DNA of 64,000 nt. It comes from an uncultured Bacilli bacterium (lineage in GTDB: Bacteria > Bacillota_I > Bacilli_A > RF39 > UBA660). The notes beneath the pieces are model-generated. The model saw only the letters and a list, made by a program, of their open reading frames with translations. It made no database searches and had not been told where the DNA came from. Of the stretch, positions 1 to 9,782 are shown piece by piece. Location: assembly GCA_934085585.1 (NCBI GenBank), contig CAKOHI010000001.1, positions 76,172-140,171 on the forward strand, read 5' to 3'. The number at the start of each line of letters is the position of its first letter. The first letter of the stretch is position 1. A program made the translations under genes and the position numbers.

Positions 1-732
1 TGGTATAAAGTAAATAACATGATTTTTGATCTTCAATATTGTAACTTGCTTTGTAGTCATTTGAAAATGTCCATAATCTATTGTCACCTTTTTCTTCTTG
101 CATAACAGAAAAATCTATGGAATCTTTCTTTATTCTTTGTGGTGTACCTGTTTTTAATCTAATTATTTTTAGACCATATTCTTTTAATTTTGTAGATAAA
201 TAATTACTTCTTCTTTCTCCATGTGGTCCACCTGGGGTATTTTTGCTACCTACGAGTATATTTCCACATAAATATGTACCCGTTGTTAAAATAACAGTTT
301 TACTTTCAATTCTTTCGTTGTTTTCTGTAATTATTCCTTTAACTACATTATTTTCTATTATTAAATCTTCAACTAATGCTTCTTTTATTGTCAAGTTAGG
401 CATATTTTGTAAATATTCTTGCATCTTTTTGGGATATGTTACTTTATCAGCTTGAGCACGAAGACTTCTTACTGCTGGACCTTTAGAATTATTAAGCATT
501 TTAATTTGAATGTGAGATAAATCGGCGATGCGCCCCATTAAACCTCCGAGAGCATCTACTTCTCGCACTATTATACCTTTAGCTGTTCCTCCGATTGAGG
601 GATTACATGGCATATCTCCGATATTTTTTATATTTCCAGTTATAAGTAATGTCTTTTTTCCTAATTTGGCAGATATGTGACTAGCTTCAATTCCAGCATG
701 GCCTCCACCTACTACTATAACATCATACATTT
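1..732 (-). CDS. mnmG: tRNA uridine 5-carboxymethylaminomethyl modification enzyme MnmG (GidA), N-terminal part; gene continues past window start
   Basis: Minus-strand translation from ATG at 730-732 gives MYDVIVVGGGHAGIEASHISAKLGKKTLLITGN...NPSIGG...GERRSNYLSTKL, the FAD-binding GidA N-terminus; synteny with mnmE. Confidence 0.85.
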
Positions 733-739
733 AAATCAC

Positions 740-2089
740 CTACTTTCCTAAACAAAAATTACTAAATATTTTGTCTACTAATTCGCCTTCATAACTATCT
801 CCCATAATTTCTCCAAGATAGTCCCAGGCACTTTTTAAATCTATTTCAATCATATCTACAGAAAAACCAGCATCCAAATTATATTGAGCATTTTTTAATG
901 CTTCATGAGCTTTGTTAACTAAATCTATCTCTCTTAAATTGCATAAATAACTCATATCTTTATTTACAATGCTTTTTAAATCAAGTTTTTCTATTATTCT
1001 TTCTTTTAATTTGTCTAACCCACTTATTTCAATGGTATTACCATATATAACATCTTTTATATTATTTGGTAATATTAATCTTTGTTCAAGATCCATTTTA
1101 TTGACAAAAACAATTAATTTTTCATTATTATATTTTTCTAACATTAATTTTTCTTCTTCACTAATTCTTTCATTATTATTTAAAACAAATAAAATTATAT
1201 CTGCGGCATCAGCAGTTTTTTTACTCTTATCTACCCCGATTTTTTCAACAATATCTTCGGTTTCTCTGATTCCTGCGGTATCAATTAAATTTATAGCAAC
1301 GCCATTTAATGTAATTGTTCCTTCGACGATATCACGAGTTGTTCCTGGAATATTTGTTACAATTGCTTTTTCTTCATCAAGTAAAGTATTTAAAATACTA
1401 CTTTTTCCTACGTTTGGTTTACCAATTATAGCTACATTTACGCCATTTTTTATTAATCTACCATTTTTAGCACCGGAAACAAGTTTTTCTAGTTCATTAT
1501 TTATTTCATCTAAATATCCGTGCATTAAATCTTCGGTTACTTCAAGTTCATCAGTATATTCTGGATAATCTATATTTACTTCAATATTTGCAAGTATTTT
1601 AGCTGTTTTTTCTCGTAAGTTACTAATTTGTTTTGTTAATTTTCCATCAACATTATTGATTGCTAAAGTTCTTGCTGCATCAGTTTTAGCAATAATTAAA
1701 TCATTTACAGATTCAGCTTCAAGAAGATTAATTCTGCCATTTAAATATGCTCTTTTTGTAAATTCTCCTGGTTCTGCTAATCTACATCCATTTGCAAGTA
1801 ATATTTCCATTATTTTTTTAGTAGTATTAACTCCGCCATGGCAATTTATTTCAATTGTATCTTCAGTTGTATAAGTTTTAGGTCCACGCATTAACATTAC
1901 TAAAACTTCATCAATTATTTCATTTTGATATTTAATGTGTCCATAATGTATTGTGTGGCTTTGAGCATTTTTTAGGTCATGGTCAAAAATACTGTCAACA
2001 ATGTTGATAGTTTCAGGTCCAGTTACACGTACGATAGATATCGCTCCGATACCCATTGATGTTGATATAGCACAAATTGTATCTTCCAT
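740..2089 (-). CDS. mnmE: tRNA modification GTPase MnmE (TrmE)
   Basis: G-domain motifs GKPNVGKSS, DTAGIRE, NKMD and the C-terminal CLGK tail; start moved to the internal Met (MEDTICAIST) preceded by GGGAG RBS, since the ORF-track start adds a 14-aa extension. Confidence 0.9.
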   Translation of the reverse strand: MEDTICAISTSMGIGAISIVRVTGPETINIVDSIFDHDLKNAQSHTIHYGHIKYQNEIIDEVLVMLMRGPKTYTTEDTIEINCHGGVNTTKKIMEILLANGCRLAEPGEFTKRAYLNGRINLLEAESVNDLIIAKTDAARTLAINNVDGKLTKQISNLREKTAKILANIEVNIDYPEYTDELEVTEDLMHGYLDEINNELEKLVSGAKNGRLIKNGVNVAIIGKPNVGKSSILNTLLDEEKAIVTNIPGTTRDIVEGTITLNGVAINLIDTAGIRETEDIVEKIGVDKSKKTADAADIILFVLNNNERISEEEKLMLEKYNNEKLIVFVNKMDLEQRLILPNNIKDVIYGNTIEISGLDKLKERIIEKLDLKSIVNKDMSYLCNLREIDLVNKAHEALKNAQYNLDAGFSVDMIEIDLKSAWDYLGEIMGDSYEGELVDKIFSNFCLGK

Positions 2090-2188
2090 AAAAAAATACT
2101 CCCTTTCATCGGAAGTTATTATAACACACATTCACACAAAATTAAAGATTTATTGTAATTGAGTCATTCCCTTGATAACTTTATTGGG

Positions 2189-2302
2189 CTAGCTTATAAT
2201 CTTTTCTTCATATGAATTATTAGCGTTTATATAAGTAAAAACTACTAGAACTATTGCTATGACTAATATTATCATTGACATCATTTTTCTTTTATTTTTC
2301 AT
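2189..2302 (-). CDS. small hydrophobic protein (37 aa, MKNKRKMMSMIILVIAIVLVVF...)
   Basis: Short ORF below the ORF-track threshold with an AGAGGT RBS 6 nt upstream and a single TM helix; no homology recognised. Confidence 0.3.
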   Translation of the reverse strand: MKNKRKMMSMIILVIAIVLVVFTYINANNSYEEKIIS

Positions 2303-2418
2303 AGACTTACCTCTTATTATTCATTATCCTTATAATTAAAAATATTATCATAAAAAATATTTTTGCTATTTATAGTAAGCCATTTTGGAATATGTTATCC
2401 TAAATCCATTGTTGATAT

Positions 2419-2456
2419 AGAAAAAACAAGTTCAAAATAATTAATAAGAACTTGTT
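2419..2456 (-). terminator. rho-independent terminator downstream of the XRE regulator gene
   Basis: 9-bp inverted repeat AACAAGTTC...GAACTTGTT with a flanking A/T run. Confidence 0.4.
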
Positions 2457-2789
2457 TTAATTTGTAACTTTACTATTTAATGAATCAGCATAACCTATTA
2501 GCTTTAGTTGATCTTCTGTTGCTAAATAGATGAATTTATCTAACAATTCCTTTTCTTTATCATTTAGATTTCTATTCATAAACTTAATTGGTGTATCATC
2601 ATCTGTTAATCCTAGTAAATAATCCGTACTAGTTTCTAAATACTTTGCTAATTTTATTAATATTGTTGCACTTGGATAGCCAATACCTGATTCATACATA
2701 CTTATGGATTCTTGAGTAACTCCGACTGCTAATGCAACATTTAATTGATTTTTATGTCTTTTTTCTCTGATTATACGTAAATTTTCCAT
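2457..2789 (-). CDS. XRE-family helix-turn-helix transcriptional regulator (110 aa)
   Basis: N-terminal HTH_XRE pattern (LRIIREKRHKNQLNVALAVGVTQESISMYESG) followed by a C-terminal extension. Confidence 0.7.
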   Translation of the reverse strand: MENLRIIREKRHKNQLNVALAVGVTQESISMYESGIGYPSATILIKLAKYLETSTDYLLGLTDDDTPIKFMNRNLNDKEKELLDKFIYLATEDQLKLIGYADSLNSKVTN

Positions 2790-2984
2790 TTTACTTATTC
2801 CTTTCGTAAATAATTTTATAATATTAATTTATATTAGAAATAAGTATATATTATATTTATAATAAATTTAATTTATACAGATAATAATTTAATTTTATTT
2901 TTATGTTTTTTCTTTTAAAAATACACATTTACAAAAAATTCCTGTTTTTTTTGGCTATTTTTATTCATTTTTCCAAAATTTATT

Positions 2985-3013
2985 CAATTAAAAACCACTA
3001 TTTAAAGTGGTTT
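2985..3013 (-). terminator. terminator hairpin at the jag 3' end
   Basis: AAACCACT-ATTTAAA-GTGGTTT stem-loop overlapping the jag stop, with a T-run on the minus strand. Confidence 0.4.
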
Positions 3014-3607
3014 AATAACGATATGTCTGTTTGGTTCTTCCCCTTCACTTTCGGTTTTTACACCTTTAAAGTCTGTTAAAGCATTATGTATTATTCTTCT
3101 TTCATATGAAGTCATATTATCAAGTGCTACAGGAATGTTTGTACTCACTACTTCTTTAGCAGTTTTTTTAGCTAATCTTTCTAATCTTTTTATATTTTTT
3201 TCTTTGTAATTTGATACATCTAGATTAAATTTATAATATATTCCCGTTGTGTTTTGAATATATTGTTTTGCTAATGTTTCTAGGGCTTTTAATGTAGCAC
3301 CTTCCTTACCTATTAAAATATAATCTTTATTTGAATACATTCTAATAGTTACACGATCATCTTTGTTACTCATTTCCATGGTTACTTCAAGTCCCATGTT
3401 TTCTACGACTTTTCTTAAAAATTCTTTAATTTCATTATTGATATCTGTTTTTAAGTATGCTGTTACTTCATAGATTGTACCTTGAAAAAGTTTTCCCTTT
3501 TTAACTGTGCTTGTATAAAGAAATTCTTCTTTTGATAAATTGTTTTCTTCCATTAATGCACTTAACGCTAGTTCAACATCTTTTCCCTCTTTAATTATCT
3601 TTTCCAT
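3002..3607 (-). CDS. khpB: RNA-binding protein Jag/KhpB (KH + R3H domains)
   Basis: Typical Jag architecture and position downstream of yidC; C-terminal R3H-like ERRIIHNALTD... motif. Confidence 0.8.
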   Translation of the reverse strand: MEKIIKEGKDVELALSALMEENNLSKEEFLYTSTVKKGKLFQGTIYEVTAYLKTDINNEIKEFLRKVVENMGLEVTMEMSNKDDRVTIRMYSNKDYILIGKEGATLKALETLAKQYIQNTTGIYYKFNLDVSNYKEKNIKRLERLAKKTAKEVVSTNIPVALDNMTSYERRIIHNALTDFKGVKTESEGEEPNRHIVIKPL

Positions 3608-4631
3608 ACTTCATACCTTCTTTCTTAACTAATTTATCTTTAATTTTATCTTTTTTATTTTTATCTTGTTTTTTATTAGTTAAGTCTTTATTATTAACTT
3701 TATTTATAATAATATTTTGAATCGCTATAAATGCGTATGTTACTATCCAGTAGAATGCTAGTGCTGTTGGTAATGTTAATGACGCATATGTAATCACTAC
3801 GAGCATAACATATAACATTATTTTCATTTGTTTTGCTGCTTCTGGAGATTGTGATCCCGCTTGAGACATTGTTTGTCTAAATGAAAAGTATGTTGATACT
3901 GCAATTAAAACTAGAAGTAATAAATATAGATAATTACCGGTTTTAATACCAACAAGTGGTGTCATACCTAAATTAAATGTTAATAATGATTCTTCATATA
4001 TTGCTGGTGTTCTATAAATTGCTTGTAAGAATGCAAAGAATAGTGGTAATTGGATAAATGCCATGAGACACCCTACCATTGGATTTACCTTATATTTTTT
4101 ATAAACCATTATTGTTTCTTGACTTTTAGCCATTAATGATTCATTATCTGTTCTATTACGATATTTTCTTTCTATTTTTTCTATTTCAGGTTGAGCTTTT
4201 TTCATATTCATTGTTTGATTTGTACTTTTAATTGTAAATGGTAATAATACTAATCTTATAGCTAAACCTATTAATATTAATGATATACCTAGATTACCTA
4301 CGAGATTACCTAAAACTAATATTAAATATGCTAAAGGTTTAACAAATAAAAATTCCCATAATCCAGTTGATTCATTTGATGTTATTTTAAAATCTTCGCA
4401 AGCTGGTAAATCTTCAAAATCAATATTTAATTGATCACTATATTCTTTATATATATTATATAGTTCACTATCTTTTTCTGGTAAACACAAAATATCTTTT
4501 TCAAGCATTTGACCTGTTTCTTCATATGTAACTATTTTTTTATCTTTATCTTGTATATATTTGCTATTTCCACATCCACTAGTAAGTAATAATACAAATA
4601 CTAATAGAATTGCCATTATCTTTTTTTTCAT
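3591..4631 (-). CDS. yidC: membrane protein insertase YidC/OxaA family (lipoprotein)
   Basis: Lipobox LLTSGC at the N-terminus and multi-TM 60-kDa inner-membrane-protein core; conserved rnpA-yidC-jag order. Confidence 0.85.
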   Translation of the reverse strand: MKKKIMAILLVFVLLLTSGCGNSKYIQDKDKKIVTYEETGQMLEKDILCLPEKDSELYNIYKEYSDQLNIDFEDLPACEDFKITSNESTGLWEFLFVKPLAYLILVLGNLVGNLGISLILIGLAIRLVLLPFTIKSTNQTMNMKKAQPEIEKIERKYRNRTDNESLMAKSQETIMVYKKYKVNPMVGCLMAFIQLPLFFAFLQAIYRTPAIYEESLLTFNLGMTPLVGIKTGNYLYLLLLVLIAVSTYFSFRQTMSQAGSQSPEAAKQMKIMLYVMLVVITYASLTLPTALAFYWIVTYAFIAIQNIIINKVNNKDLTNKKQDKNKKDKIKDKLVKKEGMKYGKDN

Positions 4632-4957
4632 GAAATTCCTTTCTTTAGTGTATTTATTAAATCTTTTTCTAAATCACTATATGAAGCATTATTTGCTTCT
4701 CTTTTAATCATTATAATATAATTATGATTATTTTTAAAGAGAAATCTATTATTATCCACAATATTTCTAAATTGTCGTTTAAATTTATTTCTAACTACGG
4801 CATTGCCTAGTTTTTTTCCAACAGCTATACCAAAGTTAGGTTTTGGATATTCTTTTTCTTTTGAAAATATAAATACGTATTTTCCTTTTATTTTTGTACC
4901 TTTATTTATAATCTCATTAAATTCTTCATGAGATTTTACCATTTCATATCTTTTCAT
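4628..4957 (-). CDS. rnpA: ribonuclease P protein component
   Basis: 109-aa basic protein with the FGIAVGKKLGNAVVRNKFKR motif; 4-bp overlap with the yidC start; lies downstream of rpmH. Confidence 0.85.
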   Translation of the reverse strand: MKRYEMVKSHEEFNEIINKGTKIKGKYVFIFSKEKEYPKPNFGIAVGKKLGNAVVRNKFKRQFRNIVDNNRFLFKNNHNYIIMIKREANNASYSDLEKDLINTLKKGIS

Positions 4958-4968
4958 AATGATTTTTT

Positions 4969-4994
4969 CTAAAAAAAACCACGTTAAAGTGGTT
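4969..4994 (-). terminator. terminator/attenuator hairpin between rpmH and rnpA
   Basis: AACCAC-GTTAAA-GTGGTT stem-loop with an 8-nt U-run on the minus strand. Confidence 0.35.
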
Positions 4995-4995
4995 T

Positions 4996-5118
4996 TTATT
5001 TACATAAAACTTTACGTCCTTTTCTACGACGATTCTTTAATATATCAGTTTCTTTACGAGCAAAAAATCCATGTTTTTTAGCTGCTTTTCTTTTATTTGG
5101 TTGATATGTTCTTTTCAT
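4996..5118 (-). CDS. rpmH: 50S ribosomal protein L34
   Basis: Not in the ORF track; minus-strand translation gives [40 protein letters not shown] (40 aa) with a GGAGA RBS. Confidence 0.9.
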   Translation of the reverse strand: MKRTYQPNKRKAAKKHGFFARKETDILKNRRRKGRKVLCK

Positions 5119-5217
5119 AATACAATTTCTCCTTTTCTTTAATAGCGTTATTATTATAATATTAAAGATGGGAATAAGTCAAGAAAAATCGTGTTTTGAT
5201 TATTGTTATGTGTCAAA

Positions 5218-5883
5218 TTATTTGTTTTTTAAATAATAATCTTGATGAAGTTGATGAGTAAAGGTTATTCCTGGCATAGTTCTTACTAGTTTTTGTTCTT
5301 TTCTAATAATTCTTAAATTTCTATTTATTTCTTTTGTATTTGTTACTGGACTCATACTTTCAAATGGAATTTTTTCTAAAGAAAGTTCTTGAAGTAATAA
5401 TGTATGTAATTTATGAGACATAGCACTTTTTTCTAAAAATTCATCTTTTATTTTTTGTGAAACATTACCATCGCATGATAGATAAATGTCATTTATAATA
5501 GAAATATTTTTATATTCATTAAAATTGTATAAAATTCTAATTAATCTACACAATATGTATTCATCACTACATGGTGGTTTTACTAATCCTTGCATCTCAT
5601 ATGAATCATTATTTGAAAATTCATCAAAACTAATAAATTTTGTAGTGTTTAAATTTGTTAATAATCTATCTATAATATGGTATATATTGTATAGAGCTAT
5701 TTGATAATAAAGATCATTTTCTATAAGTGATTCTCTTTCTTTTATACTTATATAATCTTTTGTAACTGCAAATTCAAGTTCTATAAGTGAATTTAAATAA
5801 TCGAATAATTCAGTTGTAAAATTATTTTTATTTGCTAATAATATTTGTTTTAATTCTTCTTTTCTTTCTAAAATATTTGCCAT
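5218..5883 (-). CDS. hypothetical protein (about 221 aa), first gene of a two-gene insertion between rpmH and oriC
   Basis: Long ORF; likely start is ATG at 5883 (MANILERK) with a GAAGGGAAG RBS, while the ORF-track start is an upstream TTG; no recognisable motif. Confidence 0.5.
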   Translation of the reverse strand: MANILERKEELKQILLANKNNFTTELFDYLNSLIELEFAVTKDYISIKERESLIENDLYYQIALYNIYHIIDRLLTNLNTTKFISFDEFSNNDSYEMQGLVKPPCSDEYILCRLIRILYNFNEYKNISIINDIYLSCDGNVSQKIKDEFLEKSAMSHKLHTLLLQELSLEKIPFESMSPVTNTKEINRNLRIIRKEQKLVRTMPGITFTHQLHQDYYLKNK

Positions 5884-5940
5884 ACCAAAACTTCCCTTCA
5901 AATTAATAGATATTTTATCATAATTTTTATAATTATGCCA

Positions 5941-6759
5941 CTATTTTAGGAAGGTTATATATAAATGTATAAATGTAAATTTATAATAATTCGTTTTAAG
6001 ACTTTTATTGTAGTCATACATTTTAGAAAATTTAGTGTTATACTCTATTCCATCTTTTAACATATATAGTATTATGTTTACCCATTCAGGATTTTCTTTA
6101 TAATAATTACTTTTTATATAATAGTCTTTTACTTCATTATAATCATATTCTAAAATAATTTGATCATATATTATTAATTCATCAGAAATGGAAATTATTC
6201 CAAACGTAGAAACTTTTCCTTTACCCACGAATAAATTTACTGCTCCGGAGTTTACAAATAACCTATTTTTGTAATTTGCTTCAAAACATCTGTGAGTGTG
6301 AGCAAATAGATAAATATCTGCATCGTAATTATCAATCAATTTATCAAATTTTTCATACGATGTTTTAGTTATTATATCCCTACTTTTATATGGACTTCCA
6401 TGAGATAGACATATTCTTTTATTAGCTATTTCAATAATTTTTGATGTTGGTAAGTTGTTTAAAAATTCTAAATTTTCTTTCGGTAAATTTTGATAAGTAT
6501 AATAAAATGAATAAAATTTTTCGGTTATTTCATTACTAGATGATGAAAGTTTTAATAATGATTCTTCTCTATTACCTAAGATTATTTCTGAATCTAGACT
6601 TTTTAGTGTATCTATTATTTTGTTATCGTCTGGACCATCCGTCAAAAAATCACCACAGATTAAAAATTTGGATATGTTTTTATCCTTTAAATAATCTAAA
6701 GCTTTATTAAGTAAAAATAAATTACCATGAATATCATTTAAAACTGCTATTTTCTCCAT
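5941..6759 (-). CDS. calcineurin-like metallophosphoesterase (YfcE/MJ0936-type phosphodiesterase) with a C-terminal extension
   Basis: Phosphoesterase motifs DIHGN, GDxxxxGP, GNRE, SHGSP and AHTHR. Confidence 0.75.
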   Translation of the reverse strand: MEKIAVLNDIHGNLFLLNKALDYLKDKNISKFLICGDFLTDGPDDNKIIDTLKSLDSEIILGNREESLLKLSSSSNEITEKFYSFYYTYQNLPKENLEFLNNLPTSKIIEIANKRICLSHGSPYKSRDIITKTSYEKFDKLIDNYDADIYLFAHTHRCFEANYKNRLFVNSGAVNLFVGKGKVSTFGIISISDELIIYDQIILEYDYNEVKDYYIKSNYYKENPEWVNIILYMLKDGIEYNTKFSKMYDYNKSLKTNYYKFTFIHLYITFLK

Positions 6760-6789
6760 TTTACATCTTTATTATTATATCATACTTTT

Positions 6790-7090
6790 TTGTTAATAAC
6801 TAGCCATTTTTGTGGATTGTGGATAATTTGTGGATAAGTATTAAAAATAATCCACATAATTAACAACATTTTATCAAAATTGGGTTTGTGAATAGTTTGG
6901 GGATAAGTATTAAGTGTATAATTTTTTGTTGATAGTGTTGATAACTTGTTTAAATAGGCATAAATATGGCTTTTTTTGTGTTGATAATTTTGGGGATTAA
7001 AAAAAAGTTATCAAAATTGCAAATTTAGTCTTTTTTTTTTTGGGAAAATAGAGTAAAATTTTAGTTAGGAAATTTAGTTAGCGGGGTGAG
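6790..7090. promoter_or_regulatory. oriC upstream segment: DnaA-box cluster plus AT-rich unwinding element
   Basis: Perfect TGTGGATAA boxes at 6818-6826 and 6829-6837; near-consensus TAATCCACA at 6848-6856 and TGGGGATAA at 6898-6906; TGTTGATAA variants at 6936-6944 and 6979-6987; A/T tracts at 7000-7050 directly upstream of dnaA. Confidence 0.7.
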
Positions 7091-7093
7091 GTT

Positions 7094-8437
7094 TTGAAAA
7101 CTGATGAGCTTTTTTTACGTTTTTTAAATGACATTCAGACACAAGTAAGTGAAACAGCATATACAATATGGTTTTCAAAATTAGAACTCTTGTCGATTGT
7201 CAACAATGTAGTAACAATAAAAGTACCAATGGAAGTACATAAACAAATGCTCGGTGAAACCTATAAAGATATTATAGATAATGCCTTTTTTGCAATGACT
7301 GGGATTAATTATACATTTAAATTTATTACTGAAGATGAAGTAGAAAACTTTATTCAACCAGTTGTACCAGAAGAAGTAATGGAAAAAGAAATAGAATGGA
7401 CTACAAATTTAAATCCTAAATTTACTTTTGATAATTATGTTGTAGGAAATTCAAATAGATTAGCATTCGTTGCTGCTAGAGCTGTTGCAGAAGCACCTGG
7501 AACAATACATAATCCATTATTTATTTATGGACGTAGTGGAATAGGGAAAACCCATTTAATGCAAGCAATTGGTAATTATATTAAGGATCATTCTAAACTT
7601 AAAGTATTATATACAACAAGTAATGAGTTTAGAGATGAATTTACTGGTATTGCCACAAGTAGTAATAAGATGGGATATGCTAATGATTTTAAAGATAAAT
7701 ATCGAAATGTTGATGTGTTAATAATTGATGATATACAGTTTTTAGTAGAAGCAGAAAAAACCCAACAAGAGTTCTTTCATACATTTAATGCACTTCATCA
7801 AGCCAATAAACAAATTATTATAAGTAGTGATAAGAGTCCAGATGACCTAAAAAAAATAGAAGAAAGATTAAGAAGTAGATTTATGTGGGGATTACCCGTA
7901 GATATTTATCCACCAGATTTTAATCTTCGATGTGATATAATAAGGTCGAAGGTAAAAAATACTAGTATTGAAGATAAATTAAATGATGATGTAATAGAAT
8001 ATATTGCAAATTCGTGTGTTAATGATGTTAGGCACATCGAAGGAACTATAAACAGGTTGCTAGCTTACACGGCAATGATGGTTCCTGATAAAATTACTTT
8101 GGATTTTGCTAATGAAGCTCTTAATGATTATGTTAATACTAACATATTTATCAACAATTCGATTGGCTCAATTCAAAATGCTGTGGCGGAATACTTTAAA
8201 ATATCGGTTGATGATTTAAAAAGTAAGCGAAGAACTAATACAGTAGTTAAACCAAGGCATATAGCAATGTACTTATGTAGGGTTGAAACAGATGAAAATT
8301 TACAGAAAATAGGGTTAGAATTCGGGGGTAGAGATCATTCTACAGTATCTACAGCATGTGATAAGATAAAAGAAGAGTTAGAAACAAATCCAAATTTAAA
8401 TAACATGCTAAAAGAAATAAAATCAAAGTTACAATAA
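7094..8437 (+). CDS. dnaA: chromosomal replication initiator protein DnaA
   Basis: AAA+ Walker A GIGKTHL and Walker B LIIDDIQF motifs; C-terminal DnaA-box-binding signature; TTG start with a GGGGTGAGG RBS. Confidence 0.95.
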   Translation: MKTDELFLRFLNDIQTQVSETAYTIWFSKLELLSIVNNVVTIKVPMEVHKQMLGETYKDIIDNAFFAMTGINYTFKFITEDEVENFIQPVVPEEVMEKEIEWTTNLNPKFTFDNYVVGNSNRLAFVAARAVAEAPGTIHNPLFIYGRSGIGKTHLMQAIGNYIKDHSKLKVLYTTSNEFRDEFTGIATSSNKMGYANDFKDKYRNVDVLIIDDIQFLVEAEKTQQEFFHTFNALHQANKQIIISSDKSPDDLKKIEERLRSRFMWGLPVDIYPPDFNLRCDIIRSKVKNTSIEDKLNDDVIEYIANSCVNDVRHIEGTINRLLAYTAMMVPDKITLDFANEALNDYVNTNIFINNSIGSIQNAVAEYFKISVDDLKSKRRTNTVVKPRHIAMYLCRVETDENLQKIGLEFGGRDHSTVSTACDKIKEELETNPNLNNMLKEIKSKLQ

Positions 8438-8565
8438 TGTTGATAAGTTGGGTATAAATTTGATATATTTTAGAAGAAAAAATAAGGTATTTTAAAAGTT
8501 ATCCACGTTATTAACGCTATTAATAAATATAATAATATAAACTTAAAAGAAAGAAGGAATAAAAA
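8438..8565. promoter_or_regulatory. dnaA-dnaN spacer carrying DnaA boxes (second oriC segment)
   Basis: TGTTGATAA at 8440-8448 and TTATCCACG at 8501-8509 in an AT-rich spacer, as in bipartite Firmicute origins. Confidence 0.5.
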
Positions 8566-9684
8566 ATGAAATGGACAATTGAAAAAAATGTTATTTTAGA
8601 AGCATTAAATAATGTTACTAAAGCTTTAAGTCAAAGAACAACTATTCCAGTATTAAATGGTATTGTTTTTGATGTAAATGAAAATGGTATGGAATTACTT
8701 GCAAGTGATTCAGAATTAACAATTAAAGTATTAATTCCTCATGAAAATATTAAAATGCTTGAAGGAAAAGGAAGAGTTATTATTCAAAGTAAATACTTTG
8801 TTGATATGATTAGAAAAATGCCTAGTGATGTAATTGATTTTGAAGTTGAAGATAATTTAAAAATAAAAATTAGTACACCTAATAATCAATATAGATTAAA
8901 TTGTTATAATCCAAGTGATTATCCAAATATTGGGTTAGATAAAAGTGGAGATGTAATTAATGTATCTTCTGAAAAGTTAAGAGAACTTATAAATCAAACT
9001 TCATATGCGTTGTCAACTCAAGAAGTAAGACCACTTCTTACAGGTATTAACTTTAAAATAAATGGAGATATTTTAGAATGTATTTGTACAGATTCTTATA
9101 GATTATCAAAGAAAAATATTAAATTAGATACACCATGTGGAAAACAAGTTAATATTGTTATACCTGGTAGAAGTATTACAGAACTTGAAAAAATACTTGT
9201 AGATGATGAAATAGTTGAAATATATGTATTTACTAATAAAATATTATTTGTATATAAAAATATCTTTATTCAAAGTAATTTGTTAAGTGGAACATATCCA
9301 GAAACTAGTCATTTTATACCAAATGATTTTGCTTATATGATTAATTTAAATATGAAAGAATTTTATGATGCTGTTGATAGAGCTTCATTGCTTGCTCAAA
9401 ATAAAGATAAGAATATTATAAAAATGCACATTCAAGATAAGGATATGGTTATTACATCAACGAGTAATGAATTAGGAAATGCTGAAGAAAAATTACATAT
9501 TGATTGTAATAATAAAGAAAAAATTGAAATATCTTTTTCTAGTAAGTTTATGATGGATGCCTTAAAGGTTATAAAGGAAGAAAATATCTTGTTACTTCTT
9601 AATACAGATGATAAACCAATATTAATAAAACCAGTGGTAGATGAAACATTAACAGAGTTGATTTTACCTATAAAAACATACTAA
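8566..9684 (+). CDS. dnaN: DNA polymerase III beta sliding clamp
   Basis: 372-aa protein of typical three-domain clamp length beginning MKWTIEKNVILEAL; conserved position after dnaA. Confidence 0.95.
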   Translation: MKWTIEKNVILEALNNVTKALSQRTTIPVLNGIVFDVNENGMELLASDSELTIKVLIPHENIKMLEGKGRVIIQSKYFVDMIRKMPSDVIDFEVEDNLKIKISTPNNQYRLNCYNPSDYPNIGLDKSGDVINVSSEKLRELINQTSYALSTQEVRPLLTGINFKINGDILECICTDSYRLSKKNIKLDTPCGKQVNIVIPGRSITELEKILVDDEIVEIYVFTNKILFVYKNIFIQSNLLSGTYPETSHFIPNDFAYMINLNMKEFYDAVDRASLLAQNKDKNIIKMHIQDKDMVITSTSNELGNAEEKLHIDCNNKEKIEISFSSKFMMDALKVIKEENILLLLNTDDKPILIKPVVDETLTELILPIKTY

Positions 9685-9698
9685 TTTTAAGAAAAATT

Positions 9699-9727
9699 GA
9701 ACAAATTGAACTTTGTTCTTTTTTTTC
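9699..9727 (+). terminator. rho-independent terminator after dnaN
   Basis: GAACAAA-TTGAAC-TTTGTTC hairpin followed by T9. Confidence 0.45.
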
Positions 9728-9782
9728 GACAAATTTTTTAAAAACTTTGTGATATTATAGCCCATTAAGAAAGGAGGATATT

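Noticed and set aside
243-455. Plus-strand 70-aa ORF
   Set aside because: Antisense to the mnmG coding sequence.
969-1874. ORF-track plus-strand ORFs 969-1568 and 1656-1874
   Set aside because: They lie entirely antisense within mnmE, have low-complexity Ser/Phe/Leu-rich translations typical of AT-rich antisense frames, and lack an RBS.
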